Translations under genes and position numbers: made by a program
Origin: Candidatus Niyogibacteria bacterium
GTDB taxonomy: Bacteria; Patescibacteriota; Minisyncoccia; HO2-45-28
DNA length: 64,000 bases
NCBI GenBank assembly: GCA_016432485.1
Contig: CP066691.1
Span: forward strand, 740,944 to 804,943
Reading direction: 5' to 3'
The notes under the pieces: generated by a model
The model's input: only the letters and a program-made list of their open reading frames with translations
What the model was told of the DNA's origin: nothing
The model's database searches: none
Shown: positions 37,438 through 47,406 of the stretch, piece after piece
Layout: the number at the start of each line of letters is the position of its first letter
Position numbering within the stretch: position 1 is the first letter of the stretch

Positions 37438-37983
37438 ATGGCAAAACAAACTGGGGAATACGGCAGAAATTGGTACGCGGTGCACACTTATTCCGGCTAC
37501 GAAGACGCCGTAGCTCGAAATCTCAAACAGCGCGTGGAATCGCTTGGCTATGAAGACAGAATTTTTAACATCCTTGTTCCCAAGGAAAAGAAAATAAAAA
37601 TAAAAGGCGGAAAGAGGCGGATTGAAGAAGAAAAAATATACCCGGGATATGTTTTGGTTGAAATGATTGTCACCGATGATTCTTGGTATGTAGTTCGCAA
37701 TACTCCACGCGTTACCGGTTTCGTTGGTTCAGGCATAACGCCCACTCCGCTTTCACGTGAAGAAGTTGACACTCTTTTTCAGCGAATGCAGGCCGGCGAG
37801 CCTAAATATATGATTGATGTCGCGGCCGGCGATACCGTAAGAATCAATGACGGGCCGTTTAAAGATTACGAGGGCAAGGTGGCGGAAGTTGACGAAGCCA
37901 GAGGCAAGGTAAAGGTTCTGGTTTCTATTTTCGGACGCGAGACGCCGGTGGAGCTGGACTTTCTTCAAATAAAAAAACTATAA
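37438..37983 (+). CDS. nusG: transcription termination/antitermination factor NusG
   Basis: NGN domain + KOW motif (GDTVRINDGPFKDYEGKVAEVD). Confidence 0.9.
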   Translation: MAKQTGEYGRNWYAVHTYSGYEDAVARNLKQRVESLGYEDRIFNILVPKEKKIKIKGGKRRIEEEKIYPGYVLVEMIVTDDSWYVVRNTPRVTGFVGSGITPTPLSREEVDTLFQRMQAGEPKYMIDVAAGDTVRINDGPFKDYEGKVAEVDEARGKVKVLVSIFGRETPVELDFLQIKKL

Positions 37984-37993
37984 ATAAAGTATT

Positions 37994-38419
37994 ATGGCAA
38001 AACCAATTAAAACAATAATTAAATTACAGATACCCGCTGGCAAAGCTACGCCGGCGCCTCCGGTTGGGCCTGCTTTGGGACAGCATGGCGTAAATATCGG
38101 CGAATTTGTAAGTAAATTCAATGAAGCGACTCGCGAAAAAGGCGACAGTATTATTCCGGTTGAAATTACGGTGTATGAAGACCGCAGTTATGATTTTAAA
38201 TTAAAAACTCCGCCGGCTTCGGATTTGCTTAGAAAAGCGGCGGGCATTGAAAAAGGCGCGGCCAATCCTTTAACCGGAAAAGTAGGTAAGGCGACTAAAG
38301 CCCAAATCAGGGAAATCGCCGAGCAAAAGATGGAGGATTTAAATGCCAATGACATTGAAGGCGCTATTAAAATTGTGGAGGGCACTGCCCGCTCAATGGG
38401 CATTGAAATAAAGGATTAA
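37994..38419 (+). CDS. rplK: 50S ribosomal protein L11
   Basis: [35 protein letters not shown]; note no rplA follows. Confidence 0.9.
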   Translation: MAKPIKTIIKLQIPAGKATPAPPVGPALGQHGVNIGEFVSKFNEATREKGDSIIPVEITVYEDRSYDFKLKTPPASDLLRKAAGIEKGAANPLTGKVGKATKAQIREIAEQKMEDLNANDIEGAIKIVEGTARSMGIEIKD

Positions 38420-38488
38420 ATCTATTTCATTTTTTTTGTACGCGCACTAAACTTTTTACAGGTTTCTTTGCTATAATGGGAGCGTAAT

Positions 38489-39112
38489 ATGCGCGGAATT
38501 TTTATCGTTTTTGAAGGCGGGGATTTTTGCGGAAAAACCACTCAGTCCAAACGGTTTTACGAGGATTTGAAAGCGCGCGGACTTGATGTCATCTGGACCA
38601 AAGAGCCCGGCGGGACGCCTGAAGGCGTTGAAATCAGGCAAAAACTTTTGCATGGCAACATAACTCCCGAAGAAGAAATCGACCTTTTTTGCGAAGACAG
38701 AAGAATTCACTACGAAAAAGTAATAAGACCGGCTCTTGAAAGGGGTGCCATAGTCATTTGCGACAGGAACGAATATTCAACAATCGCTTATCAAGGCGCG
38801 GGCCGTGGCTATGATATCACCGAGATAAAGCGTAAAAGTGGCGAAGCCCGGGGCGGGATTGAGCCGGATTTGGTAATTCTAGCTGATTGCGACCCGGAAA
38901 TTTTGCAAGACAGGGCAAAAAAGCGGGGCGAGATGCTGACCCGCTTTGAAAAGTTGGGAATGGATTTTCATCACAGAGTTCGCATCTCCTTTTTGGAGCA
39001 GGCCGAAGAAAAACCGGAGAAATGGCGTGTTTTAGACGCGTCTCGAAGCATTGATGAGATATACGAAGATGTAAAAAGGCATACGGGGCCCCTCTTGTCA
39101 AAAACCAAATAA
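38489..39112 (+). CDS. tmk: thymidylate kinase
   Basis: FIVFEGGDFCGKTTQ P-loop, DRY-like motif, lid region. Confidence 0.85.
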   Translation: MRGIFIVFEGGDFCGKTTQSKRFYEDLKARGLDVIWTKEPGGTPEGVEIRQKLLHGNITPEEEIDLFCEDRRIHYEKVIRPALERGAIVICDRNEYSTIAYQGAGRGYDITEIKRKSGEARGGIEPDLVILADCDPEILQDRAKKRGEMLTRFEKLGMDFHHRVRISFLEQAEEKPEKWRVLDASRSIDEIYEDVKRHTGPLLSKTK

Positions 39113-39192
39113 ACATTTCTTAACACTTATCCCCAAGCAATTGGGGAATTTTTTTGTGAAATAAAGGCGAAACACCTTAAAATGAGAATAAC

Positions 39193-40038
39193 ATGAAAGC
39201 GTATCTTAATGCTCTTAAATATGTGATGGAAAACGGCGTGGACAAGCCGAATCGCACAGGTATAGACACACGGGCGGTTTTTGCTTTGCCGTTAAGATTC
39301 AAAATGTCAGACGGCTTTCCGGCGATGACCACAAAGAAACTCGCGTTCAAAAGTGTGGCAAGCGAGCTTTTATGGTTTATTGAGGGCTCAAGCGATGAGA
39401 GGCGGCTTGCCGAGATTCTTCACGGGACGAGAATTCCCGAAAAAACGACAATATGGACGGCAAACGCCGAGGCGTCTTTTTGGAAGCCAAAAGCCAGATT
39501 TGTGGGCGACCTCGGCAGAGTGTACGGCGTGCAATGGCGGTCGTGGAAAACTCCGGACGGCGCTGAAATTGACCAGTTAAAAAATATCATAGAACGAATA
39601 AAAAAAGACCCCTATGACCGTCGTCTCGTTGTTTCGGCCTGGAATCCGGCCGAGATTGACCAGATGGCTCTGCCCCCCTGCCACATGCTTTTTCAGTTTT
39701 TTGTGGCCAAAGGCAAATTATCTTTGGCCATGACCCAACGCTCATGCGATATGTTTTTGGGCGTGCCGTTTAACATCGCTTCATACGCCTTGCTTTTGAA
39801 TATGGTTGCTCAAGCGACAGATTTAGAGCCGGACGAAGTCATACTGACGCTGAACGACGCTCATATTTACCATAATCATTTTGATCAGGTGCGCGAACAA
39901 CTTTCTCGAGAACCTTACCCGTTGCCGAAACTCTGGTTGAATCCTGAAATAAAAGATATTGATAAATTCACGATGGACGGCATCAAGCTTATTGATTATC
40001 AGCATCATCCGCCGATTAAAGCCGAAATGGCCGTGTGA
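39193..40038 (+). CDS. thyA: thymidylate synthase ThyA
   Basis: NRTGIDTR, ELLWFI, ALPPCH active-site Cys, QRSCDMFLGVPFNIASYALL. Confidence 0.9.
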   Translation: MKAYLNALKYVMENGVDKPNRTGIDTRAVFALPLRFKMSDGFPAMTTKKLAFKSVASELLWFIEGSSDERRLAEILHGTRIPEKTTIWTANAEASFWKPKARFVGDLGRVYGVQWRSWKTPDGAEIDQLKNIIERIKKDPYDRRLVVSAWNPAEIDQMALPPCHMLFQFFVAKGKLSLAMTQRSCDMFLGVPFNIASYALLLNMVAQATDLEPDEVILTLNDAHIYHNHFDQVREQLSREPYPLPKLWLNPEIKDIDKFTMDGIKLIDYQHHPPIKAEMAV

Positions 40039-40048
40039 GGATATGACC

Positions 40049-40534
40049 ATGAAAATTTCTCTTATTGCGGCAGTTTCTAAAAATGGCGTTATCGGGAAGA
40101 CCAACTCTTTGCCGTGGCATTTGCCGGCGGATCTCAAAAGGTTTAAAGAGGTTACGATGGGCAAGCCCATTATTATGGGCCGAAAAACTTACGCATCAAT
40201 CGGTCGTCCGCTTCCGGGAAGAAAAAATATTATTCTTACTTCTGATGAAAATTTTACGGCCGAGGGGTGTGTTATCGTCCATTCCAAGGAGGATGCGCTG
40301 AAAGAGGTTGGGGATGTCGAAGAGGCGATGGTTATCGGCGGAGGGATGACTTATGAACAATTTTTGCCCGTTGCTTCGAGGATTTACCTGACGGAGGTTG
40401 ATGCCGGCATTGAGGGCGATATTTATTTTCCGAAATTTGACCGAAACGAGTGGCGTGAAGTTTTTCGCGAGCGCCACGAACCAGACCAAAAAAATCAATA
40501 TTCCTACTCGTTTGTAATTTTGGAGAAAGTTTAA
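40049..40534 (+). CDS. folA: dihydrofolate reductase (start at ATG 40049)
   Basis: ISLIAAVSKNGVIGKTNSLPWHLPADLKRFKEVTMGKPIIMGRKTY. Confidence 0.85.
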   Translation: MKISLIAAVSKNGVIGKTNSLPWHLPADLKRFKEVTMGKPIIMGRKTYASIGRPLPGRKNIILTSDENFTAEGCVIVHSKEDALKEVGDVEEAMVIGGGMTYEQFLPVASRIYLTEVDAGIEGDIYFPKFDRNEWREVFRERHEPDQKNQYSYSFVILEKV

Positions 40535-40560
40535 GCCCCTTGCGCACCAAGGGGTTTTTG
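40534..40560 (+). terminator. intrinsic terminator after folA
   Basis: ccccttgcgcaccaagggg + ttttt. Confidence 0.65.
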
Positions 40561-40599
40561 TTAAGATGTGTTAGGAGTTTTTATTTAAGGAAAAACAAA

Positions 40600-41310
40600 A
40601 TGCCGTACGTTCCAAGCAAAAAAACGAACCCGCCGGCGGATGACAGGGAAATTCTTGATCCTCATATTGAAGCGCTCGCGCAAAGAGCCGCTAAAAGAAT
40701 AGTGGATAATGAGGCGCTATCGGAGGTCTACGCGAATATTTTTTATGAAGTCGCGATTCACTTGGATGATTTATTTTCAGCCAACAGAATGTTGGGCGAC
40801 GGCGAGGAATGGAAGTTAGCCGAAGCGATTTATGAAGTCAGTAAAAAATACGGCTATTGGGGCGCGCATCTCGGGGAATTGAATTACTCAATTACCCGGT
40901 TTATTCAGCGCGTTCCGCAGATTAAAGTGGAGAATGGTCAGTGGGAAGAAAAAAATGAGCTTCGCTACTGGATTTACTCCGCAACTGTTTCGACATTAAT
41001 CAGAGCTTCGCATCTGACCGAACATTTAGACATAGCGGTTGATGGCGTTTTTGAAGACATCAAAGACGAATACAAGTGGAAGGTGAACAGGCCATATGAG
41101 ATCGCGCAGATTCTAAAAAGCGGCGATGCGTATGACACTCCATATTACATGAAGGTCATCGAGCTTGTGGACGAAGAAGGAAATGTCATTGGCCATCAGG
41201 AAATCGCGCTTAAGCGAAGTCCCGAAACCGCGGGCTTGGATTTGCTTCCCTGGCAGATTATTGTCGGAAAAAGGAATGCCGGAAAAAAGAACATCAAAAA
41301 AAAGAAATAG
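40600..41310 (+). CDS. hypothetical protein (start at ATG 40600)
   Basis: 236 aa, Lys-rich C-terminus, no family recognised. Confidence 0.45.
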   Translation: MPYVPSKKTNPPADDREILDPHIEALAQRAAKRIVDNEALSEVYANIFYEVAIHLDDLFSANRMLGDGEEWKLAEAIYEVSKKYGYWGAHLGELNYSITRFIQRVPQIKVENGQWEEKNELRYWIYSATVSTLIRASHLTEHLDIAVDGVFEDIKDEYKWKVNRPYEIAQILKSGDAYDTPYYMKVIELVDEEGNVIGHQEIALKRSPETAGLDLLPWQIIVGKRNAGKKNIKKKK

Positions 41311-41358
41311 AAAAAAGAGGCCGCTGGCCTCTTTTTTGTTTTAAACTATAATTAAAAT

Positions 41359-42426
41359 ATGTCTAAACTAATCATTACAACCGCCATTTCGGGGTCTCGC
41401 AGGAAAGAATATCTGCAAAAATTTGAAGAAAGGGCTAAGGCGAGCGGCAAAAAAGTAAAAATTTACCATGTGGGCCAGATGATGCTGGAACACTCTAATC
41501 ATATTGGTGTTAATTTTACGCCGGAAAATGTTTTAAACGCCCCGCCGTCGGTCATAGGCGCGGTTCGTTCCGCCGTTTTTGAGCGAATAGCTGGCGAGCT
41601 CCCGAAAGAACTCAAAAAAAACGACGTGGTTTTCATAAATATCCATGCCTTCTTTTACTGGAAAAATGTTTTTGTCAGAGCGTGGGACAATTATTACGTG
41701 AGTCAGCTTAATCCCGATATGTTTCTGGCTTTTGTTGACGACGTCATCGGCATTGACCGCGAATTGCGGCGGCGCAAGCAATGGAAGAAAGAAAAACTGA
41801 CTTATAATGAAATACTTTTATGGCGAAATGTGGATGTTGAGATGACTGCCTCCTGGGCTGAAATGAAAAGGAAGCTCTTTTACGTGATTCCTTCCCAGTC
41901 AAACGAAAAACTTTTATATCGCATGATTTTTGAGCCGCATTTGGAAAAGATTTATATCGCCATGCCTCTGACTCACTTTATGAATCCCGCGGGACAGAAG
42001 ATTGTGGATAATTTTATAAAAAAACTTGAAAAATATTTTGTAATTTTTGACCCGCGCGAAGTTGAAATGGTGGAGCAATGGAAGCCGTCTATGAGAACCG
42101 AAGAGGTTTTAAATCAGATAGTCAATCGCGATATGTATTGGCTGATTAAGCAGGTGGACAGGGTCATCGCTTATTTCCCGAAACCCGTACTTTCGCCGGG
42201 CGTTATAAACGAGCTTCGCGAAGCCCATGAGACCAATAAAGAGGCCTGGCTGGTATATCCAAAAGGCGAAACAATGAGCCCTTTTTTGACCTATTATTCA
42301 AACATGGTTTTCAGGGGGCCGGACCAGCTTCTGAAATTTTTAGGCGAAAAAGACCAAGCTCATGATTTGCCAAAATCCAGAAAATCGGCAAAAACTAAAA
42401 AAGGTTCTTCAAAAAAGAGGAAATAA
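41359..42426 (+). CDS. hypothetical protein; C-terminal half possibly nucleoside 2-deoxyribosyltransferase-like
   Basis: 355 aa, preceded by terminator 41313-41341; weak recognition only. Confidence 0.4.
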   Translation: MSKLIITTAISGSRRKEYLQKFEERAKASGKKVKIYHVGQMMLEHSNHIGVNFTPENVLNAPPSVIGAVRSAVFERIAGELPKELKKNDVVFINIHAFFYWKNVFVRAWDNYYVSQLNPDMFLAFVDDVIGIDRELRRRKQWKKEKLTYNEILLWRNVDVEMTASWAEMKRKLFYVIPSQSNEKLLYRMIFEPHLEKIYIAMPLTHFMNPAGQKIVDNFIKKLEKYFVIFDPREVEMVEQWKPSMRTEEVLNQIVNRDMYWLIKQVDRVIAYFPKPVLSPGVINELREAHETNKEAWLVYPKGETMSPFLTYYSNMVFRGPDQLLKFLGEKDQAHDLPKSRKSAKTKKGSSKKRK

Positions 42427-42428
42427 AA

Positions 42429-42962
42429 ATGGCAAAAATCCGCGACAATACTTCGGTCGGAGAGATAATCCGCGATGGAGAGAAAATTGTCGTAATTGAA
42501 CGGGCGAATTATCCCGAATCATTTGCTCTGCCAGCCGGGCATGTGGACGGCGATCCGAATTTCATAAGTGCGGTGACAAGAGAGTTGGAGGAAGAAGTGG
42601 GATTAAGGGTTGATAAGAACAATATTGTTTTTGAGGAAGATATAGATAATCCTTGCAAGCGCGAAGGCGGAACGCATCATTTATGGAAAGTGTATGAAGC
42701 GTTGAATTGGTCGGGAGAGTTAAGGGCCGGAAGCGACGCCAAAAAAGCCGTTTGGTTTTCAAAAGACGACTTGCAAAAGATAGCCGCGCGGACGGAATAC
42801 TTTATGAAGAAGTACGGCATATCTTATGATAAGGTTGGCAAACTTACTGTCGCAATTTTCGGCAAAAACCCGGCTGAAAAAGCTACCGATCAAGAATGGA
42901 AGCAGGAAATGGGTCTTGAGCCGGTTTGGTACTATATTTTGAAAAAACTCGGCCTAATTTAA
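42429..42962 (+). CDS. NUDIX hydrolase
   Basis: Nudix box GHVDGDPNFISAVTRELEEEVGL. Confidence 0.8.
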   Translation: MAKIRDNTSVGEIIRDGEKIVVIERANYPESFALPAGHVDGDPNFISAVTRELEEEVGLRVDKNNIVFEEDIDNPCKREGGTHHLWKVYEALNWSGELRAGSDAKKAVWFSKDDLQKIAARTEYFMKKYGISYDKVGKLTVAIFGKNPAEKATDQEWKQEMGLEPVWYYILKKLGLI

Positions 42963-42999
42963 AAAAACACCCCACTTGGCGTTAAACCGCCAAGTGGGA

Positions 43000-43413
43000 T
43001 TAATTTTTCTTTTTGTTTCTTCTTGTTATATCGCCGTCTAGTTCAATACAAGCCATTTTGACAAGCTGAAGCGGGAAATTTATCCAGTTGCCATCTTTCG
43101 TGGTGTGCTCAACTATTTTTATCCCGGCCCTTTTTGCGGTGTTAAAACAATGGAGGCACGGCTGGCAAAAAACGAATCTGCCGTTTCTTTTTCGTCTTCC
43201 GGCAATCGTCAGAATCGCGCCTTTTAATCTTTTTCGGTTGGCCTGTTTGATTGCTTTACGTTCGGCGCACATTCCGAAGCCGTCTCCGATGTTATTCCAA
43301 TACCAGGCAAAAATTCCATTTCTGTCGCTTAAAACCGCCGCGACCTGAATATTGCAAGGCGAGCGATGCAAAAGGTTTAAAGCTAGTTCCCTGGGCCCGC
43401 AACCCTTTTTCAA
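43000..43413 (-). CDS. cytidine/deoxycytidylate deaminase family zinc enzyme
   Basis: CAE (MCAERKAI) and PCxxC (CQPCLHC) zinc-ligand motifs. Confidence 0.7.
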   Translation of the reverse strand: MKKGCGPRELALNLLHRSPCNIQVAAVLSDRNGIFAWYWNNIGDGFGMCAERKAIKQANRKRLKGAILTIAGRRKRNGRFVFCQPCLHCFNTAKRAGIKIVEHTTKDGNWINFPLQLVKMACIELDGDITRRNKKKN

Positions 43414-43434
43414 TTTTCAACCCTCCTTTCAAAG

Positions 43435-43593
43435 TCAGTCGCCGACTCCGTGGTCAATCCATTCGGAAAACGATTCCTCGTTTTCGTACAGCCCGGGAAA
43501 CCAATTGCAGTGTTCGCATTTTCGGCTCGCGCCATTGTCATGGGTTTCGCGAAGTTCCGGTTCTTGGCAAACAGGGCAATGCTCGTTGTTCAT
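43435..43593 (-). CDS. small zinc-ribbon protein (52 aa; CPVC...CEHC)
   Basis: SD aaggaggg 6 nt upstream of ATG; not in the supplied track because shorter than 60 aa. Confidence 0.45.
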   Translation of the reverse strand: MNNEHCPVCQEPELRETHDNGASRKCEHCNWFPGLYENEESFSEWIDHGVGD

Positions 43594-43730
43594 TTCCGAA
43601 TCCCTCCTTTTGAGTTATTGTGAACAACTTCCGGTATTTTAAGATATTTTAATAAAAAAGTCAAATAAAAAAGACATTTTTTCGCTTTTTTATTGCTGTG
43701 GATAAAGTTTTGGTGATATAATTCTTTCAT

Positions 43731-44189
43731 ATGCGTTCAGTTGTTTTTTGCACCAGCCAGCGTTTCAGGCATGAGCTGGATGAATTTGTTAATCATTTAA
43801 AAGACGCCGCTGAAAAAAGGGGTACGCATATTCATATTTTAAAACCCAATTTTGACGGCGACGATTTGGAATTGGCCCATCTTTCCGAGAAAGACCGATT
43901 GCGTGACGATTTATACCGCGCGACCGTCGCCGGAAAAGTGTACGACCACCTTTTTAGAAAAGTAATGGTTGCCGATGTCTGTTTTATTTTTAACAAAGAC
44001 GGCTATATCGGCGCAAATACTAACGGCGAGCTTTTTGCCGCCGCGGTTCTCGGAAAAACAATTTACGCCCTTGAAGACAAAACTTTAATGGGCTCTTATC
44101 CCGACGGCCTTTACGAAGAACCTTCAAGCCGTAAGTTTATCCACGATGTCGTTTCAAGTCCCGAAGAACTTTTGAAACGTTTGCACTAA
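43731..44189 (+). CDS. hypothetical protein, possibly nucleoside 2-deoxyribosyltransferase-like
   Basis: 152 aa; weak resemblance only. Confidence 0.4.
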   Translation: MRSVVFCTSQRFRHELDEFVNHLKDAAEKRGTHIHILKPNFDGDDLELAHLSEKDRLRDDLYRATVAGKVYDHLFRKVMVADVCFIFNKDGYIGANTNGELFAAAVLGKTIYALEDKTLMGSYPDGLYEEPSSRKFIHDVVSSPEELLKRLH

Positions 44190-44227
44190 AAATTTTCGGA
44201 ACAACATTACTAATTTCTTCTCGTAGC

Positions 44228-44263
44228 CAAACGGCTCAACGGGGTGCTCCGTTGAGCCGTTTG
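44228..44263. repeat. palindromic hairpin caaacggctcaacgg-N6-ccgttgagccgtttg (second copy of REP-like element)
   Basis: arms identical to 31853-31886. Confidence 0.75.
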
Positions 44264-44278
44264 CGTTATAATATAAAA

Positions 44279-46063
44279 ATGGTAAAAGCTGACTCAAAAA
44301 AACGGGGCGCTGGGCAGATTTTCAAAGAGCTTGCGCCTATAATGAAACGTATTTTTGCGCCTCACAGAAAAACGCTACTCGCGGTTGCAGTTTTTTCTTT
44401 GATCGTCGCGGGGGCTGATGCCATGGTGCCTTTTCTTGCCGGACGTTTTTTTGACGGTTTAATCGCTGTCGCGGCCGGCGCCGGCTCATTTGAAGCGGTT
44501 TTTATAATTCTTTCTTTTTGGCTGGTTTTGCATGTTTTTTCGGATATTCTCTCTTGGAGAATTGACCGTAATCAGGGTATTTTGGGAGCTGAATTGGAGG
44601 CCGAATATATTTCCGAATCTTACTCGCGTCTTATTGAAAAACCGCTTGAGTTTCATAAAAAAACCAAAGGTGGGGAATTGCAGAATAGAATCTATAACGC
44701 AAGAAATTTAATTGACGTCATCGCCGAGGTCTTAATAAGCTTCTTGCCTATGTTTTTGAGCATTGTGGCGGCGGTCGCGCTTTCGTTTTTTATTCACTCG
44801 GGTATTGCCTTAATAATGCTTTTTGCGATTTCGATTTATCTTTTAATTTTAAGATTTATTGCCCCAAAACTTACTCCGCTCCAAACAAAAATGAATCGTG
44901 CTTACAACATCGCTTACGGGGATTCGAGCGACGTCTTGTCCAACATCAAAGAGGTTAAACAATTTACGACTGAAAAGCACGAATCAAGGCAAATTTTTAA
45001 AAAATTCTTTTTGGGCGCTGCCAAAAGCTGGATTGTAATTCACCGGCTGTGGGCCGGTTTGAGTTTTTCCCAGCGCGCGCTGGTAACCGCGACCCAGCTT
45101 ACTATTTTTATTTACTCCGTTTTTTTAATTTCTCATGGCAATCTTACTCCTGGAGAATTGGTAACTCTCAACGCCTACGCAGCAATGCTTTTCGGGCCTT
45201 TTGTGCGTCTTGGAAACAACTGGCAGAGAATTTCAAATGGCGCGGTGGCCATGATTGAAGCCGAAAAGGTTTTTAGCGCTCCGCCCGAAATTTATGTTCC
45301 CGCGCGGGCGGTTATTGTGAGCAACATAAAGGGCGAGGTCGTTTTTGAAAATGTTTCATTCGGCTATAAGGGCGGGCGCGAAGTTTTGAAAGAAGTTTCT
45401 TTTTCTGCTGAATCAGGCCAAAAAGTCGCGCTTGTGGGTGAGTCGGGAGTCGGCAAGACGACGATCATTGATTTATTGATGGCGTTTTACTTTCCCAAAA
45501 AGGGTCGGGTTTTGGTTGACGGACACGATGTCCGTCGATTTGACTTGAGAACTTATCGCGGATTTTTGGGAGTTGTGCCGCAGGAAGTAACTCTTTTTAA
45601 TGACACGGTTTTTAACAACATTCGTTACGGAAGTTTTGATAAATCGGAAGAAGAGGTCAAGAAAGCCGCCAAAATCGCTTATGCTTCGGAGTTCATAGAA
45701 AATTTTCCTAAAAAATACAAGCAGGTTGTTGGGTGGCGCGGGGTAAAACTTTCGGCGGGACAGAAGCAAAGAATCGCGATTGCCCGCGCGGTTCTTCGCG
45801 ACCCAAAAATTTTGATTTTAGACGAGCCGACATCGGCTCTGGATGCCAAGTCGGAAAACTTCATTCAGGAGTCGCTTCGCGAATTGATGAAAGGCAGAAC
45901 GACTTTTATTATCGCTCATCGTTTAAGCACAGTTCGCGAAGCCGACAAAATTATCGTTCTTGACAAGGGCCGTGTTATGGAGCAGGGCAGGCACGAGGAA
46001 CTTCTCAAAATTGAAAGCGGGGTGTATAAAAGGTTATATGATTTACAGTTTAAGGGAAGATAG
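44279..46063 (+). CDS. ABC transporter, fused permease/ATP-binding (MsbA-like exporter); start at ATG 44279
   Basis: 6-TM domain + Walker A GESGVGKTT, signature LSAGQKQRIAIARA, Walker B ILILDEPTSALD. Confidence 0.85.
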   Translation: MVKADSKKRGAGQIFKELAPIMKRIFAPHRKTLLAVAVFSLIVAGADAMVPFLAGRFFDGLIAVAAGAGSFEAVFIILSFWLVLHVFSDILSWRIDRNQGILGAELEAEYISESYSRLIEKPLEFHKKTKGGELQNRIYNARNLIDVIAEVLISFLPMFLSIVAAVALSFFIHSGIALIMLFAISIYLLILRFIAPKLTPLQTKMNRAYNIAYGDSSDVLSNIKEVKQFTTEKHESRQIFKKFFLGAAKSWIVIHRLWAGLSFSQRALVTATQLTIFIYSVFLISHGNLTPGELVTLNAYAAMLFGPFVRLGNNWQRISNGAVAMIEAEKVFSAPPEIYVPARAVIVSNIKGEVVFENVSFGYKGGREVLKEVSFSAESGQKVALVGESGVGKTTIIDLLMAFYFPKKGRVLVDGHDVRRFDLRTYRGFLGVVPQEVTLFNDTVFNNIRYGSFDKSEEEVKKAAKIAYASEFIENFPKKYKQVVGWRGVKLSAGQKQRIAIARAVLRDPKILILDEPTSALDAKSENFIQESLRELMKGRTTFIIAHRLSTVREADKIIVLDKGRVMEQGRHEELLKIESGVYKRLYDLQFKGR

Positions 46064-46068
46064 AGATC

Positions 46069-47403
46069 ATGTTTAAAATCCGCATTTGGGCTTTTGTTTT
46101 GCTTTTGGCTGGCCTTACTCTCGGCTATTTTGCGGGCGCGAATTTTGTGAAGTCCGATTGGTTTTTGGGCAATATCGGATATCGCCTGGGGCTTGATTTG
46201 CAGGGAGGGGCGCATTTGGTCTATCAAGCCGATGTTTCCGCGATTGAAGGCGTTGAAGTCAGCGAATCAATGGAAGGGCTTCGGGATGTGATTGAACGCA
46301 GAATCAACGCCTTCGGCGTTACCGAGCCGGTAGTGCAGGTACAAAGATCGGGCGACGATCGCCGTCTTATCGTGGAGATTGCCGGCGTTTTTGACACCGA
46401 TGAAGCAATTAAAATGATAGGCCAGACGCCGTATCTTGAATTTAAAACCGAAAGGCCCGAAGAAGCGCGAGACGTAATCCTTGCGGCGCTTGAAAAAGGG
46501 GAACAGGTTTCGGAGGACCCTTATTTTGTTCCATCTGGGCTTACCGGCAGGTTTCTTAAAAAATCACTCCTTGATTTTGACCAGACTACCGGAGAGCCTG
46601 TGGTGCTTTTGGAGTTTAACAAAGAAGGAGCCGAACTTTTCGGACGCATCACAAGAGAAAATGTTGGCAGGCGCGTAGCAATTTATCTGGACGGATTGCC
46701 GATAAGCGTGCCGGTGGTTCAGCAGGAGATAACCTCGGGTAATGCCCAAATTTCCGGAAAGTTTACGCCGGAAGAGGCCAGAGTTTTGGTGCGTCGCCTT
46801 AATTCCGGGGCCTTGCCCGTTCCAATCAGTCTTATGGCCCAGCAAAGCGTCGGCGCTTCTTTGGGCGGAGAGTCGCTTGCGCGAGGAATTATTGCCGGAA
46901 TTTACGGCATATTGGCCGTGGCCTTATTCTTAATTTTGCGATACCGCCTGCCGGGCTTGGTCGCGATTTTCGGCCTTATGTTCTACGTGGTTTTAGTTTT
47001 AAGTATTTTTAAAATTTTGCCGGTTACGCTTACCGCGGCCGGCGTTGCCGGATTTCTTTTGTCGGTCGGCATGGCGGTTGACGCCAATATTTTGATATTT
47101 GAGCGCATGCGAGAAGAGATACGTTGGGGCGGGAATTTGGAAAATGCCATGGAAAGCGGATTTAAGCGGGCCTGGCCTTCAATTCGCGATTCAAACATTT
47201 CAACGCTGATAACCTCCGCGATTCTTTATTGGTTTGGAACAAGCATGATTCGCGGTTTTGCCCTGACTTTGGGCGTCGGAGTTTTATCAAGTATATTTTC
47301 GGCGCTTGTGGTTACCAGATTTTTTCTTTATGCCGCGTCTTTCAGGCAAAACAGGTTTTCGTTTATTCTTTACGGCGCAAAACATCGGGAACCGGAACAA
47401 TAA
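46069..47403 (+). CDS. secD: protein translocase subunit SecD
   Basis: N-terminal TM, periplasmic domain, C-terminal 5-TM bundle; followed by secF. Confidence 0.85.
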   Translation: MFKIRIWAFVLLLAGLTLGYFAGANFVKSDWFLGNIGYRLGLDLQGGAHLVYQADVSAIEGVEVSESMEGLRDVIERRINAFGVTEPVVQVQRSGDDRRLIVEIAGVFDTDEAIKMIGQTPYLEFKTERPEEARDVILAALEKGEQVSEDPYFVPSGLTGRFLKKSLLDFDQTTGEPVVLLEFNKEGAELFGRITRENVGRRVAIYLDGLPISVPVVQQEITSGNAQISGKFTPEEARVLVRRLNSGALPVPISLMAQQSVGASLGGESLARGIIAGIYGILAVALFLILRYRLPGLVAIFGLMFYVVLVLSIFKILPVTLTAAGVAGFLLSVGMAVDANILIFERMREEIRWGGNLENAMESGFKRAWPSIRDSNISTLITSAILYWFGTSMIRGFALTLGVGVLSSIFSALVVTRFFLYAASFRQNRFSFILYGAKHREPEQ

Positions 47404-47406
47404 TTT

